A stretch of DNA of 64,000 nucleotides from Candidatus Eiseniibacteriota bacterium. GTDB lineage: Bacteria; Eisenbacteria; RBG-16-71-46; CAVPCR01. The notes below the pieces were generated by a model, which worked only from the letters and a program-made list of their open reading frames with translations, did no database searches and was not told the DNA's origin. Positions 32,890 to 42,301 of the stretch are shown here, piece after piece. The stretch spans positions 256,001-320,000 of the forward strand of contig CAWGMA010000001.1 of NCBI GenBank assembly GCA_963823555.1. Direction: 5' to 3'. Positions within the stretch are counted from its first letter, which is position 1. Every line of letters begins with the position of its first letter. A program made the position numbers and the translations under genes.

Positions 32890-33440
32890 GCGGCAACGGC
32901 AGCACGAGCAAGGATGGGCGAAACGCCATGCGGACGGCGCTGGCGGGAGACCTCGCCACCTTCCGGCCTTATGATCTCTGCCAGCTGTTCTCCCTGTCGC
33001 GCGCGACGGGGACGCTCTTCCTGCGTGCCCCCGGTGTCCGGGGGGTGATCGTCGTCGAGGACGGTGCCATCGTGAGCGTGCGGGCCCGCCCCAATGCCGA
33101 GCGGATCGGTCACTTGCTCGTCGTCCGCGGGTTGATCGCGGAGTCGGCTCTCAACGAGTCGCTGGCGCTCAAGATAGGCGGCGACCCGCGCCCGATCGGG
33201 GAGATCCTGGTCACCTGCGGCGCCCTGTCCGCCCAGGCGCTGGAGGAAGCCCTCACCGAGCAGGAGCGGGACACGCTCGCCACGCTCCTCTTGCTGCCCG
33301 CCGGTCGGTTCGCCTTTGCGCGGGATCTGCTCTTTCCCGGCGAGCGCCGTCTCGGTGGCGCCGATCCGCAGGCGCTCGTCCTGGATGCGCTGGCTCGCCT
33401 CGACGAGAGGGAGGCCGGCTCCCCACCTCCCCTCACCTAG
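32886..33440 (+). CDS. DUF4388 (PATAN-like) protein with MshEN-like motif
   Basis: LAGDL..F...DLCQL..SRATGTL; RIGHLLV.RGLI....L..SL and PIGEILV..GALS...LEEAL..Q; GRFAF; ATGA overlap. Confidence 0.75.
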   Translation: MSGNGSTSKDGRNAMRTALAGDLATFRPYDLCQLFSLSRATGTLFLRAPGVRGVIVVEDGAIVSVRARPNAERIGHLLVVRGLIAESALNESLALKIGGDPRPIGEILVTCGALSAQALEEALTEQERDTLATLLLLPAGRFAFARDLLFPGERRLGGADPQALVLDALARLDEREAGSPPPLT

Positions 33441-33517
33441 TCCTACCTCCCCGCACCCGGTCCCACCCCTCCGGACCTGGGTCCCGGACGGGTGGTCCTC
33501 GACCGCAATCAGGCGCT

Positions 33518-35422
33518 CTACGGCCTGGTGGCCGCCCTCAGATTCGTGATCACCGCGTTGATCTGGTCGCGCTCCGCTCCCGGCGGGGTGAGCGTCACAT
33601 AGGCCTCGAGCGCGGCGAGAGCTTCCGGGTAGCGGCCGAGAGCCAGGTAGCTCTCGCCGAGGTCGAGCCGGATATCGGCGGCGGATGGTTCCAGCCGCAC
33701 CGCGCGGGCGAGGACCTCGGCTGCCTCTTCGTGGCGTCCAAGCTGGTTCAAGGTCATTCCGAGATTGGCGGCCGCATCGGAAAAATCCGCGTCAACCTGC
33801 AATACTTTGCGCCATTCGACGATGGCCGCCTCGGTCTCGCCGGCCTGCGCCAGGGTGGAGCCGAGATCGGTATGCGCCGCCGTATAGATGGGGGGAGGGG
33901 CGGCGAGCTGCGGATCAGGTAGACCACGTACGATCTCGACCAGGCGCATGGTGTCATCGTGTCCGAAGAAGAAGCTCGGTCGATGGCGGTCGGGAGCATA
34001 GGCGCTCAGAAACTGCCCGGTGAGAGATGGATTGTCGTACCACACGCGGAGGGCGGGGCCGTCGGCGAGCTGGAATCCGATCCAGGGCGGGATGTTCCAG
34101 AAATACACGCGCGCGCTCTCGGGAAACGCGGGATGGGTCCGCTGCAGATCGTCCCTGAAGTTCCACAGATGAACCGATGCGCGGCGGATGTTGTGGGCGT
34201 CACAAAGCGCCGGCGGATAGACGAGGGCCGCCCCCGCGCCGAGCGCGCCGGCCACGGCCACCGCCGCCACGCCCACGACCAAGCCCCCGGTGGCGCCGGG
34301 CATGCGGAGACGGGTGAACGTCAAGAGCGCGCTCAGCCCTGCGGCGAGTCCGAGCGCCGGGTAGTAGGCATAGTAGGTGAAGTGGCTGATCACCGTGATG
34401 AGGGGCAGGATTGCCGACAGCGACCACAGGAGAGCCATGAGGACCAGTGACGCTGCGCCACGCGTGATCGCGCGCGCGCTGACGCCCGATGGGCGCGGCT
34501 TGTCCTCGGCGCCGAGGAGGCGGAGGGAGAGCGCAAGCAGCGCTGCGGCGGTAAGGACCTGGCCTGTGGTCGCCAGCGGGCCGTAGGGCCAGTGAAAGCG
34601 ATCGACAGGCTCGACCATGAACAGCGAACGCACGGTGACACGCAGGGTCTCGATGTCCAGACGGCCGAGAAGACTCGCGTGCCCCGGCTCGCGAGAGTGG
34701 ATCGTCCGGCCCATCTCGTTCCAGGGCAGCCAGGGGTTCAAGAAGAGCCAGGCCGAAAAGACCAGAGCGACCGGTGCTTGGCGCCGGAGAGCCGGCCCTA
34801 GCCTGGACTCCTCGATCATCCAGTCCCAGAGGGCCAGGAGCGGGAAGAGGAACGCAGCGGTTTCCTTGCAGAGGAGCGCCCCCAGATAGAAGAGGACGTA
34901 GAGCCAGCGGCGCCGGGACAGGTGAGCCAGGATGGCGGCGAGCGCCAGATCGACGGCGAGGAGGTCCTGGATGCCGCATACCCAGGAGGCCGGTGTGCCG
35001 GCCGCCGGATGCAGTGCGAACAAGACCGCCGCCAGAAGGCCGGCGCCGGTGGCCCGGGTCCCGGAGGGCGGAAGGCGAAACGCCCCGGCCACCAGCCGGC
35101 GCGCCGCGAAGGCCATGAGGATGAGGCCGGCGGCATAGACGCCGAGATTGACGAGGTGATAGGGACCGGGCTCGTTTCCGAACAGCTTCCGCCCCGCCCA
35201 GAAATAGAGATTTCGGGTCAGCGGCCGATAGACGTTGCCGAGCGCGTCTATTGCGTTCCAGTTGTCGCTGAAACTCGCCGTGCGCGCCCGCTCGAGGAAC
35301 AGGAAGTCATCGTTGATGAACGAGATGCCTGCGGCCCATCCATAGCGGAAGAGGGCGAGGGCGACGAGGAGGGCAAGGCCCGCGGCGAAGCCGAGGGCAA
35401 CCTGCTTGGGGCTGGGCGCCAT
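33518..35422 (-). CDS. TMTC-like GT-C membrane protein with C-terminal TPRs
   Basis: FINDDF, YRPL, YHLVNL, LFALHP, ALLCKE motifs; 3-4 TPRs at C-terminus. Confidence 0.75.
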   Translation of the reverse strand: MAPSPKQVALGFAAGLALLVALALFRYGWAAGISFINDDFLFLERARTASFSDNWNAIDALGNVYRPLTRNLYFWAGRKLFGNEPGPYHLVNLGVYAAGLILMAFAARRLVAGAFRLPPSGTRATGAGLLAAVLFALHPAAGTPASWVCGIQDLLAVDLALAAILAHLSRRRWLYVLFYLGALLCKETAAFLFPLLALWDWMIEESRLGPALRRQAPVALVFSAWLFLNPWLPWNEMGRTIHSREPGHASLLGRLDIETLRVTVRSLFMVEPVDRFHWPYGPLATTGQVLTAAALLALSLRLLGAEDKPRPSGVSARAITRGAASLVLMALLWSLSAILPLITVISHFTYYAYYPALGLAAGLSALLTFTRLRMPGATGGLVVGVAAVAVAGALGAGAALVYPPALCDAHNIRRASVHLWNFRDDLQRTHPAFPESARVYFWNIPPWIGFQLADGPALRVWYDNPSLTGQFLSAYAPDRHRPSFFFGHDDTMRLVEIVRGLPDPQLAAPPPIYTAAHTDLGSTLAQAGETEAAIVEWRKVLQVDADFSDAAANLGMTLNQLGRHEEAAEVLARAVRLEPSAADIRLDLGESYLALGRYPEALAALEAYVTLTPPGAERDQINAVITNLRAATRP

Positions 35423-35595
35423 GACGTCATGGTGCCACAGCCAGGCCTGCCTTGCCGACCCTGTCCTTGAGCCCGCTCCTGCCGCTGTCCCGCTCTGGAA
35501 CAGCGCCCGTTCTCACGGTCTCATCGTTCCATGGCGGCCGTCAGCGCTCCCCATCTTCCGCTGGGCATCGCCTCGGGGCCGGCCGATAGCTCCAA

Positions 35596-38500
35596 GTGAA
35601 GCTCGGCCATGGCCTTCGGCAACCTGGATGGAAGGACGAGACCGAGCGCGACCCCAATCCAAGGCACCCCGTCGATCAGAGCGCTTACGTGGTCATGATG
35701 AGACGCAGATTGCGTGCAGGCGTCAGGGTACTTGCCCGCGCTGGGCGCGCCCGCGCCAGGATGTGGTTCCGCGCCGAGGCCACATCCGCATCGGCGGTTC
35801 TGCTGGGCGCCGCCGTGATTCTCGCCGCGGGAGCGGCTCATGCCACCCCGGGCAGCGGCACTGCGACCATCGCTCCCTCCGAGCCCGTCGCGGCGGGCAG
35901 CACGGGCACCTGGACGATCGACTATGTCGCTGCCGAGTCGTTTCATCCTTCACGCGGCGGGTTGATCATCGTCACCATCCCGGAAGGCTGGAGCCCACCG
36001 GGATCCGGCCCCCTCATCGCCCCCGGCCACGTCGTCGTGAGCGGCCCCGGTTCGAGCATCGATTCGGTGGTCGTCAACGGGCGGGACATCCGCGTGTATG
36101 CCGGGAGTAACGCTGGCGACCGTGTCCTTGCCGGGGACCACCTCCTCGTGGGCTATGGCGAGCCCGCGCCCGCGGGTGCCGCCCAGGTGCCGATCCAGGC
36201 TCCGGCGACCGCCGTCTTCAGCGTCGCCAGTGACCCCGATCGGGATGCCCCGCAGCCCTTGAGCGCGGGATCCCCGGAGCTCCAGGTCGTTCCCGCGGCT
36301 GCGCTCTACCTGGTCTGGGAACCGGCGAGCTTCGGGCTCGTCGCCGGCGTGCCGGCGCCGGTGCGTCTGTCCCTGCGCGACGCGTTCGGCAACCCGGCGG
36401 CGCCGGGTGCCGATCAGCTCATCAGCGTCACTGCGGCGTCATCGACGCTCCGCATCCTGAACGATGGCGCTCCGGCCTCCGAGATCGTGATCCCGGCGGA
36501 CTCGACGGGAGTGGAACTCGACGTCGTCGAGACCACGGTGGGCACGGGGGTCTCGATCCGGGCTGCGGACGGCGACGGCGTGCCGCCGGCCTTGACCGCG
36601 GCGGTGGCCCAGGTCACGACGTCGCCAGGGGACGCCGCACGATTCCGGGTCTCCGGAGTCCTGGATCCGGTGGAGGCTGGTGTCCCGGTGAGTGTTGTCG
36701 TCGAGGTGCAGGATGCCTTCGGCAACCGGGCGGTGGAATATGGGGGAACCATCGGGTTTGCGACCACCGATCCCGGTCCCGAGGTCCTGCTCCCGGCCGA
36801 TTACACCTTCAACCAGGCCGAAGCTGGCATTCATGTGTTCGCCGGTGAGGTCGTGCTGGTGACCGTCGGAGAGCACACGCTCTCCGTGGTCGATCGCGCG
36901 GACCCGCAGATGCTGGGCCAGCAGGAAGGGATCACGGTCACTTCCGGTCCGGCTTCAGCGCTCGTTGTCTCCGGCATCGTTGATCCCGGCGTCGCCGGCG
37001 TGCCGGGCGATGTCGTGGTCGAGGCCCGGGACGCCTATGGCAACCGAGCCAGCGACTATCTCGGCACGGTGACCTTCTCGACGAGCGATGGTCATCCCAG
37101 CGTCATCCTGCCGGCCGACTATGCGTTCGTGCCGGCCGACTCGGGGTGGCATCGCTTCACCGCTGGGGTCACGCTCATGAGCGCCGGCTCGCAGCTGGTC
37201 GCCGCCGACGACGTGGGCGCCGGCCTGCGCGGTGAGCAGACCGGGATCGATGTCATCGCCGGTTCTCCCCACATCGCCGTTCTCCTGCCCCCGGGCTCCA
37301 TCCCGGTGACCGCCGGCGGCGAGCAGCCGATCCTGCTCGTGGTCGAGGATGTGGCTGGCAATCCGGTGCCGGGAGAAGCGGCCACCATCGCCGTCGTCGA
37401 TGCTGCCGCCGGCCGCCTCGAGCCCGATCCATCTCATCCCGGCGGGACGCAGGGCTCAGGCACCGTGCAATCCGGTCTCACCGACGGGGGAGGCCGGCTC
37501 ACGGTGCGCTACCTGGCTGCGGGATCCGCCGGTGAGATCGATAGTCTTGACGGCTGGACCGCGACGATTGGCGCCGGCGAGGTGGATGGCATCGAGATCG
37601 TGACCACGGCATCCGGCGCCACGAGACTCGTCTTTGTACCAGCTACGGCCATCACGGATACGGCCATGGCCGCCATTCCGCTCACCATCGAGGCGCATGA
37701 CAGCTACGGCAACGTGGACCCGACCGCCGCCCCGCTGGTCCGCCTCACCGCCGATTCGCCGACCGCGCAGTTCTCGGTGGACGGTGGTGCCACGTGGTCG
37801 GCGACCAGCGCCGATTCTCTCGTCCTCGCCGCCGGAACCAGCGCCGATCGCATCCGCTTCCGTGATACCAGGGCTGGTATGCCCGGAGTGACCGCTCGTG
37901 ATACGGCGGGCTTCCTGGCCCAGGCCATGCGCTCGGACCTGACCATCATCCCGGCACCGGCCGCCGGTTCGATCGCTCTCTCCGTCGTTCCCGATCTGCT
38001 GACCGCCGACGGTCAGAGCGAGGCCCAGGTTTCGGGCGGGCCGGTCACCGATCGCTACGGGAATCTCGTTGTCGATCGCTTCGTGACCGTGAGCACATCT
38101 CTGGGCACGCTCGTTGCGGTTGACGAGAGTCCGGCTCCGGGGATGCAGCGCCGCACCGATCTCGCAGGTCGGTTCAGTCTTGCGGTCCAGGCAGCAGACA
38201 ATCCCGGACAGGCGCAGATATCCGTGATCAGCGGACCGGGCTCCGACGCGGGCTCCGCGGCGGGAGCTGCTGGGCTCACCTTCCTGCCCCGAGTCCAGTG
38301 GGCACTGATCCCCAACACGCTCCAGCCGTCAAGCGCGGTTCCTGGCGACACGGTTGCCTTCACCGTCGCCGTCCAGAACCTGGGACCCAGCGCGGCGACA
38401 CTTGGCGCCGGTTCGACCATCCGCTGGGCCGAGCCCGGGGGAGCGAGCTATGTGAGTGCGCTGAGCGCTCCGGTCATGGTGTCGGCGGCGGGTTCGGGCG

Positions 38501-41500
38501 AGCTCCAGTTCACCGGCGCGCGTATCGATCCCGGTCTACCTGCCGGGCAGTACACGCCGCTCTATGCCCTGCGCGGAACGGACGCCCATGGCTCGGCGAT
38601 CGATACGCTGGTGGCGGGCGATGTCGATGGCCTGAACCTCGTCGGCCTCGCCCTGGGCGCGGTCACGGCTCCGGCCCGCGTGGCCCGCGGTCAGAACGGC
38701 GTCCTGGTCGGGGTCACGGTCCAGAACCTGGGGTTCGGCGAGGTCGTGGTGAGCGGTGTCGACCTCAACTTCTCGGCCCCCGCGTATGCAGAGCGCGGGG
38801 TGGCGCCCACGCTTCCCTACACGCTCGGCCCGCGTGCACAGCACACATTCGTCATCACCGTGGATGTCGATCCACTGGCGAGCCTGGGTCCCGTTCAGAT
38901 CGATGCCAGCGCCGTGTTCCAGAGCGGCAGCGGGCTGCACGGGGTTGCCGGAGCCACGCCTGCGACCTGGACTGTCGACACCGCGGCTCTGCTCAGCGCC
39001 TTGCCAGGAGGCTTGACGCCCACTCTCGCATCCAGCGGGCAGACGCATGAAGCTGCCGTCGTGGTCGCCAATCAGGGATCGGCGGGCGTGGTCCTCGATG
39101 CAGGAGGCACCCGCCTCATCGCCGGGCCGTCCGGGTCCGAGCTCATCGCCGCCCTCCCGGCCCCGGCCCTGGTGGCGGGGAACGGCCAGACCGCGCTCCG
39201 TCTCTCGGACCTCGTGGTTCCGGGCGGCTATCCCGCAGGCCGATGGCCGGCCCGGCTCGAGCTCCGCGGCACGGAGAACGGCGCTCCCTACGCCACCCAG
39301 CTCAGCCTCCCCGACTCGCTCACCATCGTCGCCCCCGCCGCCCTCGCGGTCGCGGCCGGCAGCATGGCTCCCGACTCGGTGTCGCTCGGCCAGCTCCGCA
39401 GTTTTTCGCTTGAAATGATCAATAATGGCGGCGCCACCGTCACCGTGCGCGAGGGCTCTCTCCTGCGACTGAGCGGCGGCACGACCGTGGATCTCGGCCT
39501 CACCGGCGGGGAGCGCTCCATCGCTCCGGGTGCCCGCATGGCTCTCACCTTCGGCCCGGGTGAGATCCCCGCCGCGCTCGGCGCCGGAGCTGCGAGCGTG
39601 TCGGTCGTGGCTCTGACCCGGGAGAATGGGCTCGAGGGTTCGGTGATCGCCTCGGTGCCGGAGCCACTCCAGGTCGACCGCCCGGCGGCACCGCGCTGGG
39701 TGGGCGGAACCCTGGCCCCGGATCGGGTCACTCGCGGGCAGAGCGCGGCTTTCAGCCTTGCTCTGACCAATGACGGCGAAGCCGCCTTCTCGCTGCTGGC
39801 GGGGAGCCGGCTTCTGGTCACCGATGGCGTGCACGAGCTCAGCATCACCTACAGCGGTCCGACCCGGGTGCTCGCCGGCGGCGAGGTCCAGACCCTCGCC
39901 TTTCCCGAGACCCAGGTTCCAGCCGACCTCGCGGCTCAAGCCTATGGGCCGGCGCTCCACCTGCTGGCGGTCGAGCACGGCGTGGCCGGCACCGCCGTGG
40001 TCGACGCCCCGGAGGGGGAACTGACCGTCGAGGCTCCATCCGACCTGCGCTACGTGCGGGGGACTTTGACCCCCGATCTGGCGGTGGCGGGACAGACGGT
40101 GGCCTTCCAGGTGGTGGTCGAGAACCGCGGCGGCGCAGCGATTCACCCCGCCGCGGCCACCGTGTTCGAATTCGACGGTTTCTCGATCGGTCTCGATATG
40201 TTGCGGACATCAGCGACTATTCCCGCAGGGGCCGTGGATACCCTGTTCTTCGCCGAGGCGCCGGTCACGGTCCTGACGACCGGTTGGCAAACGCCGGCGA
40301 TCGATTTCAACGGCAGCGACTGGAACGGCGAGCCGCTGGCGTTCGGCATCGATCTCGCGCCGGATCAGGTCGAGGTCGTGACCGGATCCGCCCTGCGCGT
40401 GGTCGAACTCGTGAGCGAGGCTCCCCGTGGCGCGCGCGTCAATCGCAGTCAGCGCTTCCCGTTCCGTCTCCGCGTCGTCAACGTGGGGGAGGAGGAGGTG
40501 GCGGGAGCGACGGCCACGATCGCCGGACCCGGCCTCTCGGCGCCGGTTCAGTTGCCGCTGGGTGCGCTCGCGGGCGGGGACACGCTGACCTATGAGCTCG
40601 AGGCGATCGCCGCCGGGAGCACGGGCTCGGCGCTCGCCAGCGCCACGCTGGCAGGCGGTCACGGGATCATCTCGGGCCGACCGCCGACCTTCCTGCCCGC
40701 CCTCGACGACACGCTCCGGCTCGCCATCGAACGCGAGGCGAGACTGGCGGCCCGGGTTGCGATCAGCGGCCCGGCCGGGGCTGCCGATGGCGTCGCCTCG
40801 TCGGGCTCGCTCCTCGACCTCGAAGTCCACGTCGACAACCAGGGCGATGCTCCGATCGGCGCCGGGGGCACGGTCGAGCTCCGGGTCCCCTCGGGTTACG
40901 GCATCCTTGGCCCGACCCGGCAGAGCTTCCTGGCCGGCTCGCCCGTCCCCTTCGCCGTCGTGGCACCACCTTCCGCGGCCGCTCGCGACTCCTTTGTCGT
41001 CACGATCCACGATGTTCCGCTCGACTTGAACTCCGGCGGTGATGCGCAAGTCATTGCGCCAAGGACGGCGGTCGCCATCGAGACCGTGAGCGCGGCCGAG
41101 CTCGAGGTGGCTCTGGCCATCGTTGAACCCGAGAACGCGCGTGCAGGGACAGCGCTCCCCGATCAGGTCGTCACGGTTGAGGCCCGGGTGACGAACACGG
41201 GAACGGCGGCGGTGATCGGGACCGGGCTCCTGACGCTCACGCTCGGCAGCACCGAGCTCACGTTGGCTCCGGGAGAAGCTGCCGAGCAGCCGTTCACGGT
41301 GGGCGAGACGGTTTCCTTCCGCGTCGTTGCCGCCGGGCAGACCGGTCCGCCCTTTGCCATCTCGGCGCGTATCGCCGCGGCACCGCCGGATGAGAACACC
41401 GGAGCGGCCGCGCTCGTAGCTCGCTCGGAGGCCACGGTCAGCCTCGCCACCCAGGCGATCGCCGCCGAGCTCGCCGGCGCCGCCTTGGCCCCGGCCGCGC

Positions 41501-42273
41501 CCGCATTCCTCCGCGGTGGAACACCGGTTCCGATCGTCCGCTTCACGGTGGCCAACGTGGCTCCACCCGGGCATCCGCTCGTCCTGACCGGCGTCGAACC
41601 GGCCCTGATGCGCCTCACCGTCGAGGATGCCGGGGCCGCGCGGGCCGGGAGCGGGCTCGCCCGCGTCGGACCGAGCGCGCTCATGCCGATCGCGGAAACT
41701 CTGGCCCGCATCGAGCTGCGCCGTGATGGCGAGAGCGGGGACCTTGCCGCGGTCTGGGAAGGGGAGGGGGAGCCGGTGCTCGCTCTCGCCGACACCCTCG
41801 CCGGCCAGGAGACGCGCACCTACGTGCTCGCCGTCAGCGTGGCGGCAGGGGCGCCGGCCGGCACCTACCGTCTCGAGCTGGGCCACCCCGGGACGCTCTG
41901 GCTCGGCGACCCGGTTTCCGGCGAAGCGGTGCCGTTCGTGCTCGCCGAAGGCCTCGTCGAGTCCGCCCCGCTCACCCTCTTCGAGCGACCACTGGCGGCT
42001 CCCAATCCCTTCGCGCCGGGCAAGGCGGCGACCCGGATCACCTACGTCCTCGACGCCGATGCCGGCGTCGATATCGAGATCTTCACGCTCTACGGCGATC
42101 GCGTCTGGAGTCAGTCGCTCTCGAGCGGCGGTGCCGGCGGCCGGGCCGGGATCAACCAGGTGGCCTGGGACGGTCGCAATGACAGCGGGCAGGCGGTTCG
42201 CAACGGAGTCTATCACTGTCGGATCCGCGGCGGCGGCATCGACACTACGGTGAAAATTGCGGCGATCCGCTAA
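35596..42273 (+). CDS. giant secreted multi-Ig-repeat protein (adhesin-like) with FlgD-Ig CTD; true start probably 35695-35761
   Basis: signal-like LLGAAVILAAGAAHA; repeated D.YGN invasin/Big-like and L.P....G....F.....N.G CARDB-like modules; C-term APNPF..ITY..IFTLYG..WDGRND.G..V.NGVY..KIAAIR. Confidence 0.85.
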   Translation: MKLGHGLRQPGWKDETERDPNPRHPVDQSAYVVMMRRRLRAGVRVLARAGRARARMWFRAEATSASAVLLGAAVILAAGAAHATPGSGTATIAPSEPVAAGSTGTWTIDYVAAESFHPSRGGLIIVTIPEGWSPPGSGPLIAPGHVVVSGPGSSIDSVVVNGRDIRVYAGSNAGDRVLAGDHLLVGYGEPAPAGAAQVPIQAPATAVFSVASDPDRDAPQPLSAGSPELQVVPAAALYLVWEPASFGLVAGVPAPVRLSLRDAFGNPAAPGADQLISVTAASSTLRILNDGAPASEIVIPADSTGVELDVVETTVGTGVSIRAADGDGVPPALTAAVAQVTTSPGDAARFRVSGVLDPVEAGVPVSVVVEVQDAFGNRAVEYGGTIGFATTDPGPEVLLPADYTFNQAEAGIHVFAGEVVLVTVGEHTLSVVDRADPQMLGQQEGITVTSGPASALVVSGIVDPGVAGVPGDVVVEARDAYGNRASDYLGTVTFSTSDGHPSVILPADYAFVPADSGWHRFTAGVTLMSAGSQLVAADDVGAGLRGEQTGIDVIAGSPHIAVLLPPGSIPVTAGGEQPILLVVEDVAGNPVPGEAATIAVVDAAAGRLEPDPSHPGGTQGSGTVQSGLTDGGGRLTVRYLAAGSAGEIDSLDGWTATIGAGEVDGIEIVTTASGATRLVFVPATAITDTAMAAIPLTIEAHDSYGNVDPTAAPLVRLTADSPTAQFSVDGGATWSATSADSLVLAAGTSADRIRFRDTRAGMPGVTARDTAGFLAQAMRSDLTIIPAPAAGSIALSVVPDLLTADGQSEAQVSGGPVTDRYGNLVVDRFVTVSTSLGTLVAVDESPAPGMQRRTDLAGRFSLAVQAADNPGQAQISVISGPGSDAGSAAGAAGLTFLPRVQWALIPNTLQPSSAVPGDTVAFTVAVQNLGPSAATLGAGSTIRWAEPGGASYVSALSAPVMVSAAGSGELQFTGARIDPGLPAGQYTPLYALRGTDAHGSAIDTLVAGDVDGLNLVGLALGAVTAPARVARGQNGVLVGVTVQNLGFGEVVVSGVDLNFSAPAYAERGVAPTLPYTLGPRAQHTFVITVDVDPLASLGPVQIDASAVFQSGSGLHGVAGATPATWTVDTAALLSALPGGLTPTLASSGQTHEAAVVVANQGSAGVVLDAGGTRLIAGPSGSELIAALPAPALVAGNGQTALRLSDLVVPGGYPAGRWPARLELRGTENGAPYATQLSLPDSLTIVAPAALAVAAGSMAPDSVSLGQLRSFSLEMINNGGATVTVREGSLLRLSGGTTVDLGLTGGERSIAPGARMALTFGPGEIPAALGAGAASVSVVALTRENGLEGSVIASVPEPLQVDRPAAPRWVGGTLAPDRVTRGQSAAFSLALTNDGEAAFSLLAGSRLLVTDGVHELSITYSGPTRVLAGGEVQTLAFPETQVPADLAAQAYGPALHLLAVEHGVAGTAVVDAPEGELTVEAPSDLRYVRGTLTPDLAVAGQTVAFQVVVENRGGAAIHPAAATVFEFDGFSIGLDMLRTSATIPAGAVDTLFFAEAPVTVLTTGWQTPAIDFNGSDWNGEPLAFGIDLAPDQVEVVTGSALRVVELVSEAPRGARVNRSQRFPFRLRVVNVGEEEVAGATATIAGPGLSAPVQLPLGALAGGDTLTYELEAIAAGSTGSALASATLAGGHGIISGRPPTFLPALDDTLRLAIEREARLAARVAISGPAGAADGVASSGSLLDLEVHVDNQGDAPIGAGGTVELRVPSGYGILGPTRQSFLAGSPVPFAVVAPPSAAARDSFVVTIHDVPLDLNSGGDAQVIAPRTAVAIETVSAAELEVALAIVEPENARAGTALPDQVVTVEARVTNTGTAAVIGTGLLTLTLGSTELTLAPGEAAEQPFTVGETVSFRVVAAGQTGPPFAISARIAAAPPDENTGAAALVARSEATVSLATQAIAAELAGAALAPAAPAFLRGGTPVPIVRFTVANVAPPGHPLVLTGVEPALMRLTVEDAGAARAGSGLARVGPSALMPIAETLARIELRRDGESGDLAAVWEGEGEPVLALADTLAGQETRTYVLAVSVAAGAPAGTYRLELGHPGTLWLGDPVSGEAVPFVLAEGLVESAPLTLFERPLAAPNPFAPGKAATRITYVLDADAGVDIEIFTLYGDRVWSQSLSSGGAGGRAGINQVAWDGRNDSGQAVRNGVYHCRIRGGGIDTTVKIAAIR

Positions 42274-42301
42274 CATCTGCAGAGCCCAAGGGCTCGAACC
42301 G

